From assembly GCF_018977255.1 (NCBI RefSeq), contig NW_024704742.1:7008001-7072000 (forward strand): DNA of 64,000 bases, in the 5' to 3' direction. The notes below the pieces were generated by a model. That model did not search any database and was not told the origin of the DNA. It worked only from the letters and a program-made list of their open reading frames with translations. The stretch comes from Callorhinchus milii. Lineage: Eukaryota. Positions 1-12,490 of this stretch are shown here, one piece after another; the stretch's first letter is position 1; every line of letters starts with the position of its first letter. The position numbers were made by a program, and so were the translations under genes.

Positions 1-229
1 ATGCCCACGTCACTCCCAGTTGGAAGACCTTTCCAATAAGGTGTCTCTACGTCAATCTGTTATTGAGATCCTTCTTGAAGCGCAGACAGACATTGTCGTT
101 TCATTGGTATAGAAGAAGATAACAATACACAAACTCAAATGTGTACCAAACATAAAAAACAACAGCTGGACCAGCCACCACTATAACATTATGCACATTA
201 TAACAATAGGTGACTTAACGTTATTGCAA

Positions 230-451
230 TTTTGACCAATTTTATCTGGAGGATTATTGGCCAAGACAACGAGAGAAAATTCCTCCTTCTCTTTTCAATT
301 AGTGCTATAGGATCTTTTCCATCCAGCTCAATAAGCAGACCTTGGATTAACGCATCATCCTACGGGTAGCATCTCCGAATTATGAGCTCAAAGTCCTGGC
401 TTGAGCCCACAACCTTCTGACTTTAGCGAGTGTACTAGCAACTGAGCCAGG
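230..451 (-). mobile_element. LF-SINE-like relic
   Basis: TGGCTCAGTTGCTAG...AGAAGGTTGTGGGCTCAAG and GATCCTATAGCACTA motifs shared with the other copies; resemblance to the LF-SINE consensus is from memory. Confidence 0.6.
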
Positions 452-1629
452 TTGCTTTGAACAGTTAATCAGAGGCACTAAGGCTTTTAAAACGAACATA
501 AGATTAATGTGCTTCATTTTCTTTGTGAGAGTGTGTGGCGAAATATTCATCTTGCCTCTTAAATTTGATAGCGTGCACTTTACAATGGGTTTTCTGCACT
601 ATAAGAACAAGTCGATCCACTCAAGAAGAATTTTATCACCTCCTCCAGCTCTGCGATATCCAACATGATATCACTAGTCGTTCCGCTGAAAGAAATCAGC
701 ATTACTAGCAGTGGCGTAGGCAAGAGTCTGTCAAGAGATTCCACAGCAGGAAAGTCAGGAGAAAGGGGGAAAAAAAATGACAAGTGTCAGAATAACGAGG
801 AATGTTAAATGGATCAGCAACCTGGCAAGTCACCAACTGCAGCTGGCTTTGGCTGGGGCACCTGTTCCCATTACTAAAGCCTTTTCGAGTTACTAGGAAA
901 TTGTTTGTAAGTAGGTCAATCCCACAAGGGGCACCCGCTGTCCTGGAAGCTTTGCACACAAGTGCACAGCTTACGTGTCACTTGTGGGTTGGATTCCCGT
1001 CCAACAATATTTTACCCCTACATATAGTTTGCTGTGAAAGAGAAGTAAAGCAGAACACGTCTCCCAATTGCTCTGGAAAGAGGCCAACTGGGCACCAATT
1101 CTGGACAGCAGATGCACTAAGGTTGACAACATTCATAACACTAGCTTCTATTTTTCAAATGTATGACTCATTTAAAATAGATCACTAATTTCTACTTTTA
1201 TAGAGGTGAATAAGTTTCCCCAATGATCAGTAAAGTCTCTGTGAAATACAGCTAAAACAGATTGATAAGTTCTAAAGTAAAACCTCTTTCCACGCTGTGC
1301 TAATCTCATTCAGGGCAGTAAAATGGGAGCAACAATTGGAACCAGCTTCGGCAAAGGGTCTTTCTTTTCAGTGTTCAACGAGGCCTACTGGAAAGTGTGC
1401 AACCGAGCTCCTCAGTGTTGCCTCCACGGGTGAATAACCTGCCAAAATTCACTCTGAGCTTATGTGTTAAGAATGAACATTTAAGTGGCGAACACACTTG
1501 GAATCATAACCCCCGCACAAGGTAACATCTATTCTATCGGATAGACAAAGTGAGAGAGAGAGAAAGAAAACACATACAAATACACCCACCGAAGTACGCA
1601 ACAAACACAACATACAGAGGCACATAAGT

Positions 1630-1941
1630 GGAGTCCTGTAGCTCAGTGGTTAGAGCACTCACTTTGCATGCGAGAGACCTGGGTTCGATTCCCGGCAGGG
1701 TGAAACCTTGGGCAAGTTTCCTTTCTCCACGCGCCTGATAATAATCCGTCAAGAAAAAAACCAATAATAAATTGGTCATTTTCAATCCACGACTGTTTGT
1801 GTGACGCTGCTGTGCGCAATTGGCTGCTGCATTTTGCCCACAATTATACAGTCAATTCACTTTGCGGTCTATTCTGTGAAGTGCTTTGAGACGTCTAAAA
1901 GACATGAAAAGCGCTATATCAAATGCAAGGATTATTATTAT
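1630..1941 (+). mobile_element. tRNA-Ala-derived SINE, full length (short-body type)
   Basis: Head GGAGTCCTGTAGCTCAGTGGTTAGAGC...CTTTGCATG...GGTTCGATTCCC (A/B boxes, TGC anticodon remnant). L2-like 3' tail ending AAATGCAAGG(ATT)n. Confidence 0.9.
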
Positions 1942-2627
1942 AAGACCATAGCAGACAGAAGGAGGCACAGAGACACCATGCACTACAGTTGAAAATCCAA
2001 GTGAAACAGCTTTCAGGCGATTTNCCCCCCAAGTGTGTATCCACACATACCAACAGTTGATAGACAGGCTATATGGAGAGGAAAATGTGCACAGAGCAGC
2101 AAAGTACAGCATTCACATGTGTATCGTGGGTTGTTAATGAAGCTCAGCAGCCAGGAACACATTAGAAAGCAAGGTTACCCTGATTTAAAAATAAACCTCC
2201 CAAGAAGGAATTTAGCGTGCAGCTTTCTTGCTTGGCCAATATAAGTTGTTTTAATCTTGGTAACAAAATGTAAAAGTGTGTTTTGTTTCGCAGAAAATGG
2301 GAAAAATGACTTTTTCTTGTAAATTTATTGCAAGCGCGATGATTGATCTGAAAAATAAATATTTTGGTAACTTGCTGGTTAAACCACTAACAGCTGGAGG
2401 TTTCATTTGCACCTTGTCAGAACCCAGAATGAATGAAAGAAAAAAATTAACTGGCAGCAATTGGCATTTGATTGCATGACCATAAAGTGGCAAGTGCAGT
2501 CACTTCGAAAAAAGATTCCAATCCAGACATTATTCCATTGTGCTTTGTTCCCTCCACTCTCATAAATTGCGCTTGGTTGGACAGTAAAAAAGTAAAGCCA
2601 AAACAATATTTTCAAATGTACCAAGAT

Positions 2628-2966
2628 AATAATAATAAACCTTGCATTTGATATAGCACCTTATCACATCTTCGAGACATCTCAAAGCGTTTCATAGGAT
2701 ATACTGCAAAGTGAATTGACTGTATATTTTGTGGGTGAAACGCAGCAGCCAATTGCGCACAGCAGCGTCCCACAGACAGTCATGGATTGAGTGACCAAAT
2801 TATTATCATTTATTTATATTTTTATTGGAAGGATTGATTATCTCCGGAAAAGCAATCCGCTGTTCGACTAACAACCGGGTTCCTAGTTACTGCAAGGTGA
2901 ACAGAGGCGTGTGGAGTAAGGAAACTTGCCCAACTTTTCGCCCTGCCGGGAATCAAACCCAGGGCC
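2628..2966 (-). mobile_element. tRNA-SINE subfamily A, 5'-truncated
   Basis: Matches family body (GTAACTAGGAACCCGGTTGTTAGTCG) and tail on the minus strand. Confidence 0.88.
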
Positions 2967-3364
2967 TTTTTGATTAGAACCAATCTTGTGATCCTCTAAA
3001 AAACCAAAATGCAAGCCCAACAAAACAATGAAAGCAGCATGAACAATACCAGCAATTAACCAGCAGGTGCTCCATAATGACGCAGAAATAAAATAATGGG
3101 ATAAAGTTTGCAACTTTCCATAATATGTTGCTCGAGTTAACATAGGCTCTCTGGGATTGAACTGGCTCCACAGTGACACTTCTATGGACACTGGGCAAGC
3201 AGAGCTGAATGGGTTTTATCGTAAGCTCTGTGACTTAATACCGGAGTCAGGAAAGTACTGCTGATATTACTCAGGCAGCTGTACAGAAACTCTCCAATGG
3301 AAAAATACATCATGTGTCGCTACTTCCTTTCGGAAAGCTACTATCTTCATGTGCCATTTGATTG

Positions 3365-3942
3365 TAAATAATAATCCTTACNAAAAAAATTGTTCATTTT
3401 CAGTCCACGACTGTTTGTGGGACACTGCCGCGTTTCGCCCACAAATTCACTTTGCAGTCTATTCTGTGAAGCGCTTTGAGACGTCTAGAAGATGTGAAAA
3501 GCGCTATATCAAATGCAAGGATTATTATTATTATTATTGTTGTTAGGTATCTCTGAACTTATAAGATCACAGAAGGGTCGACATGAAGACATAAACCATA
3601 CTTTTTAATGTTGCTGATACCCGGGATCTGCTAAAAACTAAGATCGGTTCAGTTTCTGCTGATCAAATTCAAAAAAATTTAATTGAATAAAGCTGCACTT
3701 ACAGAACTTTAGAATCGAGTTTGACTTCAAGCCTCAGTTAGCCTTTTCAATGCACGGGTTCTTGACCAGCTACTTTAGAAATGAGTCACTTCAATCCTGA
3801 GCTGTTTGTGGGGACGCTGCAGTATGCAATTGGCTGCCGTGTTTCGGCCACAAAATATACAGTCAATTCACTTTACAGTGTATTCTGTGAAGCGCTTTGA
3901 GACGTCTCGAAGACGTGATATATCAAATGCAAGGATTATTAT
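3365..3942 (+). mobile_element. Two 3' fragments of the tRNA-SINE (3365-3540 and 3785-3942)
   Basis: Family tail GAAGCGCTTTGAGACGTC...ATCAAATGCAAGGATTATT in both. Confidence 0.85.
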
Positions 3943-4584
3943 CACTTTTTGAAGTTCCCCACTAATCTGCTCAATGGAGTATTTCATACAATACAATACA
4001 AAAATATGTTTGTAAAGATCCTTTCATTGTCAGGAGAGGACAAGGCACTGATTTAAGGATTAGAACCCGAGCCGGGGTGGGGGGGCGGTGGTGGAGGGTG
4101 TCAGGGAGGGTGGAGGGCAGAGAGGGTGGCTGAAGGGGAGGCTTTATCAGGTGGGGAAAGAAAAGCAAGGCAGGCAGGGAAGCAGGCTGGGGGTATAACA
4201 CTGCTGATGGCCACCGTGAAGCACGTGGCACAGATAAAGGAAGTGTGGCGGCAGGAGGCAGCAGTGCAAGAACCAAGGGACGCAAAAACACGTAACAAAT
4301 GTAGAAGTCAACCAGAAAGATTAATGCCCTGTGAATTTGTGTAGAACAAAAATAAACATTGGGAACACCAGTATGTTTTGTGTTATTAACCATCCCAAAG
4401 GATTTCAACTGAGTTGGAAAATAAACCGAAAGTCATTTGCAAGCGTTTGTTAGAATAAACAATGGATTATATGGACCACGACTTCTCTTTTGTGAATAGT
4501 GACTATTTTTCCTCTTGTTTCTTCATTTGTGTTAATAGTCTCTCATCTATTGTAAAGGAATAAAATGAAATTCCTTGGAGAAAA

Positions 4585-4953
4585 TAAATAATAATATAAC
4601 AATCCTTGCATTTGATACAGCGCCTTATCACGTCTTTGAGACGTCTCAAAGTGCTTCACACAATACACTGTAAAGCGAATTGACGGTATATGCTGTGGGA
4701 GAAATGCGGCAGCCAATTGCGCACAGCAGCGTCCCCACAAATAGTCCCACAAATAGTCAGATTTTTTTTTAATAGGAATTATTACTCCCAGAAAAGAGAT
4801 CCGCCAATCGACTAACAACCTGGTTCCTACTTGCTGCGAGATAGACAGAGGCGTGGAGAAAGGAAGCTTGCCCAACGTTTCGCCCTGCCGGGAATCGAAC
4901 CCAGGTCTCTCGGTTGTGAAGCGAGCGCTCTAACCACTGAGCTACAGGACTCC
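4585..4953 (-). mobile_element. tRNA-SINE subfamily A, full length
   Basis: Complete head, long body and tail on the minus strand. Confidence 0.9.
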
Positions 4954-5181
4954 AAATTAATTGGAGAAGAGAAATTAAAAGATCTGTGTCTGAGCTAAAC
5001 CTGAGAGTGGTTGATCACTTGCGTACGTTGCCCCGTAGTCAACCGAACAATTTGGAAAAAGAACAACCGGAAGCAACATTGGCACCCATACTTCCCTTTG
5101 GCCAGATGGAAATATGGGCAACAATGGACATGTTGTCTCCTGGTCAAATACTTCCGTCTAGCCACAGTGTGAGATGGCGTT

Positions 5182-5461
5182 AGCCTGGCTCATTTGGTAG
5201 CACTCTTACCTCAAAGTCAGAAAAGTGTTGGTTCAAGATCCATGTCAGGACTTTGAACTCACAAATGTCTAAGCTGAGGCTCCAATGGAGTGCTGGAGGT
5301 ACGCAACATTGTTGAGAATGCTGTCCTTTGGGTGAAATGCTGAACTTCTTCTACCAGTTCATGTGGACGATACAGCTCCCTTGGCATTATTCGAAAAGAG
5401 AAAGGCATTTTCTCCCAGTGTCCTGGCCAACAATCCCCCAGGTATAATTGGTCACTCACTT
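5182..5461 (+). mobile_element. LF-SINE-like relic
   Basis: GGTAGCACTCTTACCTC..AGTCAGAA..GGTTCAAG head; TTCTCCCAGTGTCCTGGCCAAC. Confidence 0.65.
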
Positions 5462-5627
5462 CAATTCTTAAATTCAGCCTAATTTAGAAGCCGTTTTTCC
5501 CCAATTCTTAAAAGAAACTAGCTTCTGTATTAAGGTGGAATTGAAGAATTGTTCACAATCCTGCATTGGATTGAAAAACTGCAACCCCCAATTTTGGGGG
5601 CACGGAATCATCCCACTCATTTACTGT

Positions 5628-5845
5628 TAATAATAATAATAATAATCCTTGCATTTGATATAGCGCTTTTCACGTCGGGAGGACGTCCCAAAGCGCTTCA
5701 CAGAACACACTGTAAAGTGAATCGACTGTATATTTGTGGGCGAACGCGGCAGCCAATTGCGCACAGCAATGTCCCACAAACAGTCGTAGATTGAAAATGA
5801 CCAATTTATTATTGTTTTTGGTTTTGGAGGGATTATTATTATTAG
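5628..5845 (-). mobile_element. tRNA-SINE subfamily B, 5'-truncated
   Basis: Near-identical to the copies at 24960, 40838 and 59147; tail GGGACGTCCTCCCGACGTGAAAAGCGC. Confidence 0.9.
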
Positions 5846-6192
5846 GCGTTAACCCTGCAAGCCAAAGCCCTAATGGGTAGGGTGGTCCAAGCTGGACAAG
5901 CAGCGGGACAAAGCAAGTGAGGTTGAACATTTGTGTATTTCACAAGTGCTTAAGCAGCTGAAGCAGTACTTCAACGCATACTTTGGGATACCCCGAGCCT
6001 GACTCTTGCCAACCTGCTCCTAATACTCTCTAGAATTGAGTAAGCAGGGTACGTCCCTCCAGGGAGAGAGTACACACAGACACTGGGAAATTCCCACGTG
6101 TAGGTGACATACACATGTGGAACTCTGTCTGGTTTGGATGCTCAAGTATGGTGATGGGTTGTAATACGAGTCAGTGATGTTAACTAGGCAAC

Positions 6193-6771
6193 GTGGAGTC
6201 TAGTAGCCCTGGTGGGAATCAAACCCAAGTCTCTCGCTTGTGAGGTGAGCGCGAGAGACCTGGGTTTGATTCCCAGCAGGGAGAAACGTTGTGCAAGTTT
6301 CCCTACTCCACACGCCTCTGCTTACCTAGCAGTGAGTAGGAACCCGGTTGTTAGTCGATTAGTGGATCACATTTCCGGGGGTAATAATTCCTTCAAAAGA
6401 AATAATAATAATTTGATCACTCAATCCACGATTGTTTGTGGGACGCTGCTGTGTGCAATTGGCTGCCGCGTTTGGCCCACAAAATATACAGTCAATTCAC
6501 TTTACAATATATTCTGTGAAGTGCTTTGAGACGTCTCCTCCCTTGCCTCCCTCAAGACCAATCTCAAGACCCTCCTCTTCAACCGTGCTTTCGCTCACCC
6601 TGCTTCCCCCCTGCCCTCCACCCTCCCCAATCCAGACCCCCAGCTCGGATTCGAAACACTGACTGTCCAGCGCCTTCGGACGTCCTCCTGACGTGAAAGG
6701 GGCTTTACAAATGTAATGTTGCTGTTTGGAAGACGTGATAAAGGACTATATCAAATGCAAGGATTATTATA
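6193..6771 (+). mobile_element. tRNA-SINE subfamily A with an inverted duplication in the head and an L2 3' fragment (~6538-6727) inserted in its tail
   Basis: SINE tail breaks at GAGACGTCTC and resumes at GAAGACGTGATAA; the intervening sequence matches the L2 3' end at ~30030-30222. Confidence 0.85.
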
Positions 6772-8162
6772 ACATAGTATGGCTGCTGCCCTGCACTCAA
6801 GTGGCACTGACATCCACATCTCGCACCACAGTGCTGATTATTTCTGCTGCGTTGCTTCAAAAGTTAAAACAAACTAAGCATGGAAATATGCAAGAAAAGA
6901 GCATCGTCTGTAAGCGATGGTTTACATGTACACAGCCATCAAAGAGCATTTCAAAACATTTTTAATTTGTTTTTTCAGCCAAGGGGCAGCTGCAAATAAT
7001 GATGTTAAGTGATTTTGCTGGCGCTCCTGTCAAACTCCTCAACATTACAGGGTGTACATTCGATCGTTGGAAGTTGACAGAGTCCAGCCTGCGTAATCCA
7101 ACAAAATAGATCCTTACATTTTTTTTAAAAAAATTGTACAATGCAGCCTATAATATTGCTTTATCAGGTCAGCCCTTTTTTTCACGGGGAAAACAAGAAG
7201 CCTTTCGAAACAGACTTGGTTCTGGGAACCAAAGAACCCTTTGTTTCCACAAAGTAAAGATTTATGACCAGGTCTATTTCCATCCCGGTGATTTGTTGCC
7301 CTTTCTTCCCCCAACCCCCAAAAAACCATCACAACTATCAAAACTCTGGTGCTTTATTGTTCAGCGAATCCGTGCTTCAAGTTTCGGAGGTGGCAAGGGG
7401 GGAAAATCAGCTTCAGCACAGAGTCCCTGAAGAAAACAATAGGGATTTGGGCTTATTTTATCAACATTGGCCATCTGTGACGTTCAGTCTGATCTGAGCA
7501 GTCCTTTATTATCTGGCATGTGCAGCTCTCGCGACCTGAATCGCAGGCCAACCTTCCAGTGTCAAACCTACTCCCTACTTCCTTGCTTTCTGCCCTGAAA
7601 AGGTCACCTATTGCTTTAAATCAGTCACAAACTGAGACTGTTGTTAAACCTAAATCCTGTCTTTGAATGATTACTCTGTCACAGCCTTGGGTGCAACCAA
7701 AATAATAAGAGCCTAGAAATGGCACTTCACAAAACAGGGTGAAAGTTTTCAGGCATTAATCTGTTCCCCGCGCTTCAGTTGGCAATTGGGTATGTACTAT
7801 TCTGCGCAGTTTCTGGTACTTTTTGGAAATTTTACAAGCTTGGAAACAACTGCTCCATTTAAATAAGAATGGCACAAGTTCAATTCTGCAATCTAGTTAT
7901 GGAATGTCAATGCATTGTCCAACACAGGAACACGTTATGAATTGACAGAACAGAATCAATAATAATAATAATCCTTGCATTTGATATAGCGCTTTTCACG
8001 TCTTCTCGATGTCTCAAGGTGGTTAGCACATGCAGGAGTGAAATGGATGGCATTTTATAGCAGATTCAATGCGCACATGAAAGTTGTTCTGAAATAGAAC
8101 AACAACCCCACCCCACTCATCCCACTGAAATATTTGCTGTATGGGATGCACAAAATTGCATC

Positions 8163-8420
8163 ATAATAATAATATACTTGCATTTGATATAGTGCCTTAT
8201 CACATCGTGGAGACGTCTCAAAGCGCTTCACAGAATAAACTGTAAAGTGAATTGACTGTATATTTTGTGGGCGAAACCCGGCAGCCAATTGCGCACAGCA
8301 GCGTCCCCACAAACAGTCATGGATTGAGTGACCAAATTAAGTGATCCACCAATCGACTAACAACCGGGTTCCTACTTACTGCTGGTAAACAGAGGCGTGC
8401 GGAGTAAGGAAACTTGACTA
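8163..8420 (-). mobile_element. tRNA-SINE subfamily A, 5'-truncated
   Basis: Body and tail match the family. Confidence 0.88.
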
Positions 8421-10189
8421 AGTTTTTATATATCTTCTGTCCTAGTATGCAGTCAGTAAAACTTTGGTTTAAGATAGTTTGGGAGCCGACGCCTTGTACT
8501 GTTTGGCAACCAAAGCAATTCTTCACATAATCCACAGATAAAAGCACTAATAGATCACACGGAGGAAGTACCTTCCCAACTTCTAACAGCCCAAAATAAA
8601 ATCTTGTCATTTCATAAGTATCCGTTCCCCACGTGTACATCTTTGTCCGTTCCTTGAACAGTGGTTACCCTCCTTAAACCTCGTCTTTCAATATTCAAAT
8701 TCCGACATTTAATAAAACAGTCTCTGTTTTAGCAAAATGGCAGACGGCTGAGGGCAAAGTTGAAACATAAATCCTAATCAATTACTCTGCTCGTATATCT
8801 GTGAGCCAGGATGCAAATGTTACTTTTAGGAAATGTCATAAACCATAATACTGTAAATGTTTTGTTTTCACGCACACAAGCTGTTGGGTTAAAAAAAAGT
8901 GATTGCTCGAAAAACGCCATACATTCTCTCTCGACTTATAAATGCTTACAACAGATTGTTGTGCTTGGTCTTGAACAAACTGCAGCACTGCAGTCGACAT
9001 CAAGAAACAATCATTGCGTGTTCCAAGTACAACACTGCAAAAAACACCAGAATGTCCAATATAATTTAACTGCCAGCTGCAATACAATTTATTTTGTCCC
9101 AATCACCCCAACTCCCTCTAAAGCTCTTGGATACATTGCACGTATTATACAAAGTACAATACAAAATTACATTTGTATAGCACCTTTCACGTCGGGAGAA
9201 CGTCCCAAGGCCCTGGACAGTCAGAGATTTGGACCTCAATATTTTTTTGACAAAGCACACCATTATATTCAGATAATGATTTTATTTCACATCTCCCGGG
9301 AACTTCACTGTTACTGGATCGCAGTCATGGACATGCTTTCGCCAAGTGTTATCGCGTAAATGAGCTATTTGTTCTACGTCTGACTCTTTTCAAACAATAT
9401 AATGGAATGATGGTGTGACCCGTATTTAACTTGGGCCGAGTTTTAGGCAGCTTTGTGTTCTGGACCTTTGTCTACTGGGAAATACATCATGATTTTACTC
9501 AAATAAATTTCACCCAGAATGCTTGCAACTAGTCTCAGCTGGATTCAAATCCGTATCCCACAGGTGAAAGGGCAGTGAGCAAATCCCAACAGTCCTGCTG
9601 CTAGCTCTCGTTTATTTCAACGGATGGCAATGGTTGTTACCAAAAGTTTACTGTCTTGCTCTGCCTTTCTTTCGTTCGTTCGCCTACAAAATATAGTCAC
9701 TAACTTTACAGTAAATTCGGCGAAGCACTTTGAGCCATCTTCCCAAGGTGAAAGGTGCTATATCAAATGCAGGGATTATGTTACTACTTTAAATGACGTG
9801 AGAACCCGTGACCAGTTCAAGAGTGATTCGCTGACCCTGTGAACTCGCTTTTGCCAGAGAACTGGATTACTTGGCATTGTAGACCAACTGCGTGTTGAGG
9901 GAATAGAAACCCTTATGATTGATATATATCACTGATCGACCATTTCGAGGTACTATTATGTACATTCCATTATACCAGCAAATGCCAAAAAAATCATCCC
10001 TGGTGTTAAGCAAACTGTTAGGAAGGAAATGAATTCTTGCTGTCAATTTGACAAACACAGAGAAGGCTGTTACAAGTCACCGAGGACACAACCACACTGT
10101 AGCGTGCAATTAATAAACTAGAACTTTGTCGTCTGCTCACTGCGATGCCTGAGGTATCTGAAACAGTGCTCCGCCAATATGTGCCATAA

Positions 10190-10400
10190 TTAACAGCACT
10201 CGTGCTCTGGGTCAGGGAAGGTTGTGGCTTCAAGCCGCACTGGGACTTTGAGCCTATAGTCTTGGCTAACACTCCAGTGCAGCACAGGAGTTTTGCTGAG
10301 TTGTCAGAAGTACTGTGCTTTGGATGAGACATTCAACCAAGGTCCTGGCTGCCTGTTCAGATGGATGTCAATTACCCTATTGTAGTTAGAAAAGAGGAGG
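10190..10400 (+). mobile_element. LF-SINE-like relic
   Basis: GGCTAACACTCCAGTGCAG...GGATGAGACATT-AACC..CTGTTCAGATGGATG motifs. Confidence 0.65.
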
Positions 10401-11479
10401 GATCTTTAATGACCTTGGTTTAAAATCTCACCAGAAAGACGGCACCTCCAACAATGCAGGTCTTCCCCAGCAACCAACACAGACGGATCCTTCAATGAAT
10501 TCAACTTCACATTGACAATGCACAAACAGGATGCAAACTTAAGTGACATCAGCCTTTCTGAGACCGATCAATCCACTCAAGTCTCCCTACATTTCGTGCC
10601 AAAATATCACAGTATTGACTAATTTTTGGAGCTTCCTGTAGTCTGCTCCATTCATCAAACCGGAGGCAAAAAGCTAACAGTCGTGACTGATAAACCAAAT
10701 CCTCCGGCCAATGTAAAGGTTGTTTTTTTCAATTTGTTAGGACTGTCTAAACATTTTTTGTTGGCATGTTGGGAAATTTCTGGTTTCGTGACTAGTTCTC
10801 CAAATTTGTCAACCAACGACCCAGTTTTGCTGCCTTAAGATTATGCATTACCTCAATCTCTGTTAGAGAATATCACCTGTCAAACTAGGCGTTAAAATAT
10901 GGAACTACTACAACAACAACTTGCATTTATATAGTGCCCCTCACGCAGGGTAGCGTCCCAGAGCGCTTGACAGTGGCGGAGCACGACAAAACAACTATTT
11001 GCATTAATGTGGCACATTTCATGTAGGATAACATCTTGGGGCACTTGGCAAAGATGGAGTTTTCACTCCAAGCAAGGGGAGAAGGGGGAGTGGATCATAA
11101 GTGGGTTGAAGAGAGAGGTTTTTAGGTGGAAGATCAAGAGGAGCCAAAATAGTAGTAGATACTTATTCAATAGGGTTGGTACTGCCTTCGCTAATTGTGA
11201 AAAGGCCAGAATAACATCAGTAAAACTAAAAGTTTCTCAACTTTTTTTTCCAGCCCATTTTCTTCGAACAGCAACAAAAAAGGGAGGCTAATGGAGTTTC
11301 TTGTCAATAGAGACCTGAAAGAGTTGAAAACGACTGACCCATTCCTAAAGAGTCTCACCCGACCTTTCTAGGATTCAAATAAATCTTTTCTCAGGCACTG
11401 TCATTGTTGACAGAAACAACACAGATATTGTGTGAACAGAATTTTATGTAGTTCTGCATGAAGCATATCTATTCAGAAA

Positions 11480-11682
11480 GGGGATAATAATTCCTTCAAA
11501 AAAAATAATAAAATGGTCACTCAATCCATGACTGTTTGTGGGATACTGCTGTATGCAATTGGCTGCCGTGTTTCGCCCACAAAATACATAGTCAATCCAC
11601 TTAACAGTATATTCTGTGAAGCGCTTTGAGATGTCTCAAAGACATGATAAGGCGCTATATCAAATGCAAGGATTATTATTAT
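11480..11682 (+). mobile_element. tRNA-SINE 3' fragment
   Basis: Family tail and (ATT)n end. Confidence 0.85.
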
Positions 11683-12259
11683 TGAAGGGACTATAGAGCA
11701 AAACTGCCCCAGGTAAAACACAAGCCCCTAAACTTTTGAAGAAAATGTGTTTTAAATATACATACAAGTTGACGAGACCCAAACATTATCGAAAACTGGA
11801 TTCGGTGGTTCTGTCTGAAACTACAATATATTTAAGGCCATTGGAAGTGTAATATAGTTATGGCCATTGGAAGTGTAATGATAGTTACACTACTGATTGG
11901 GGATGGTGGTTCTACTCTCAATTTTTTAAGATGTCTTCACCTTTTTAGTGGCCCCTAACCCTGAGAATGACTGACAACCTCTCCCAGGCCTCTGACAGCA
12001 CAGCTGGTGAATTGGGAAGGTTTGTCCCATTCCCCCCCCCCACCCCTCTCTCTGAGCCTCCACTGAGCTGCCTAAATCTTTTCCTGTTTGGGGAATCTCA
12101 GACTCCAAACAGACATCTTTACTGCTCCTTGGGACCCTGCAAAGATTCGACAGTGCAATGCGCCACCAAGAGCAAACAGATTTCAAGCAGATATCAAGGC
12201 AGTGACATGTTTAATCTTTGGCTGGTTAACTACAGTAGTTAATTTCTTCAATTGTTAAA

Positions 12260-12490
12260 AGAAATTGGTCACTCAATCCACAACTGTTTATGGGGACACT
12301 GTTGTGCGCAATTGGCTGCCGGGTTTCACCCACAAAATATAGAGTCGATTCATTTTACAGTATATTCTGTGAAGCGCTTTGAGATGTCCCGAAGACGTGG
12401 TAAGGCGATATATCAAATGCAAAGATTATTATCCCAGCGCCTTGGGACGTCCTCTCGACTTGAAAGGTGTCATACAAATTTTGTATTGTG
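12260..12490 (+). mobile_element. tRNA-SINE 3' fragment followed by a short L2 tail
   Basis: SINE tail to ~12431, then CCAGCGCCTTGGGACGTCCTCTCGACTTGAAAGG (L2-type tail). Confidence 0.8.

Noticed and set aside
1630..1700. tRNA-Ala-like sequence (also 4885-4953, 24960-25030, 43793-43862, 45113-45179, 59400-59471)
   Set aside because: Heads of SINEs: poorly paired acceptor stem, variable anticodon region, and in nearly all cases continuous with SINE body.
8811..9359. 182-aa plus-strand ORF
   Set aside because: No recognisable domain and it runs through an L2 tail fragment; consistent with chance.
11836..11889. 25-bp tandem duplication (and a 20-bp one at ~63063-63098)
   Set aside because: Ordinary local slippage with no further structure.
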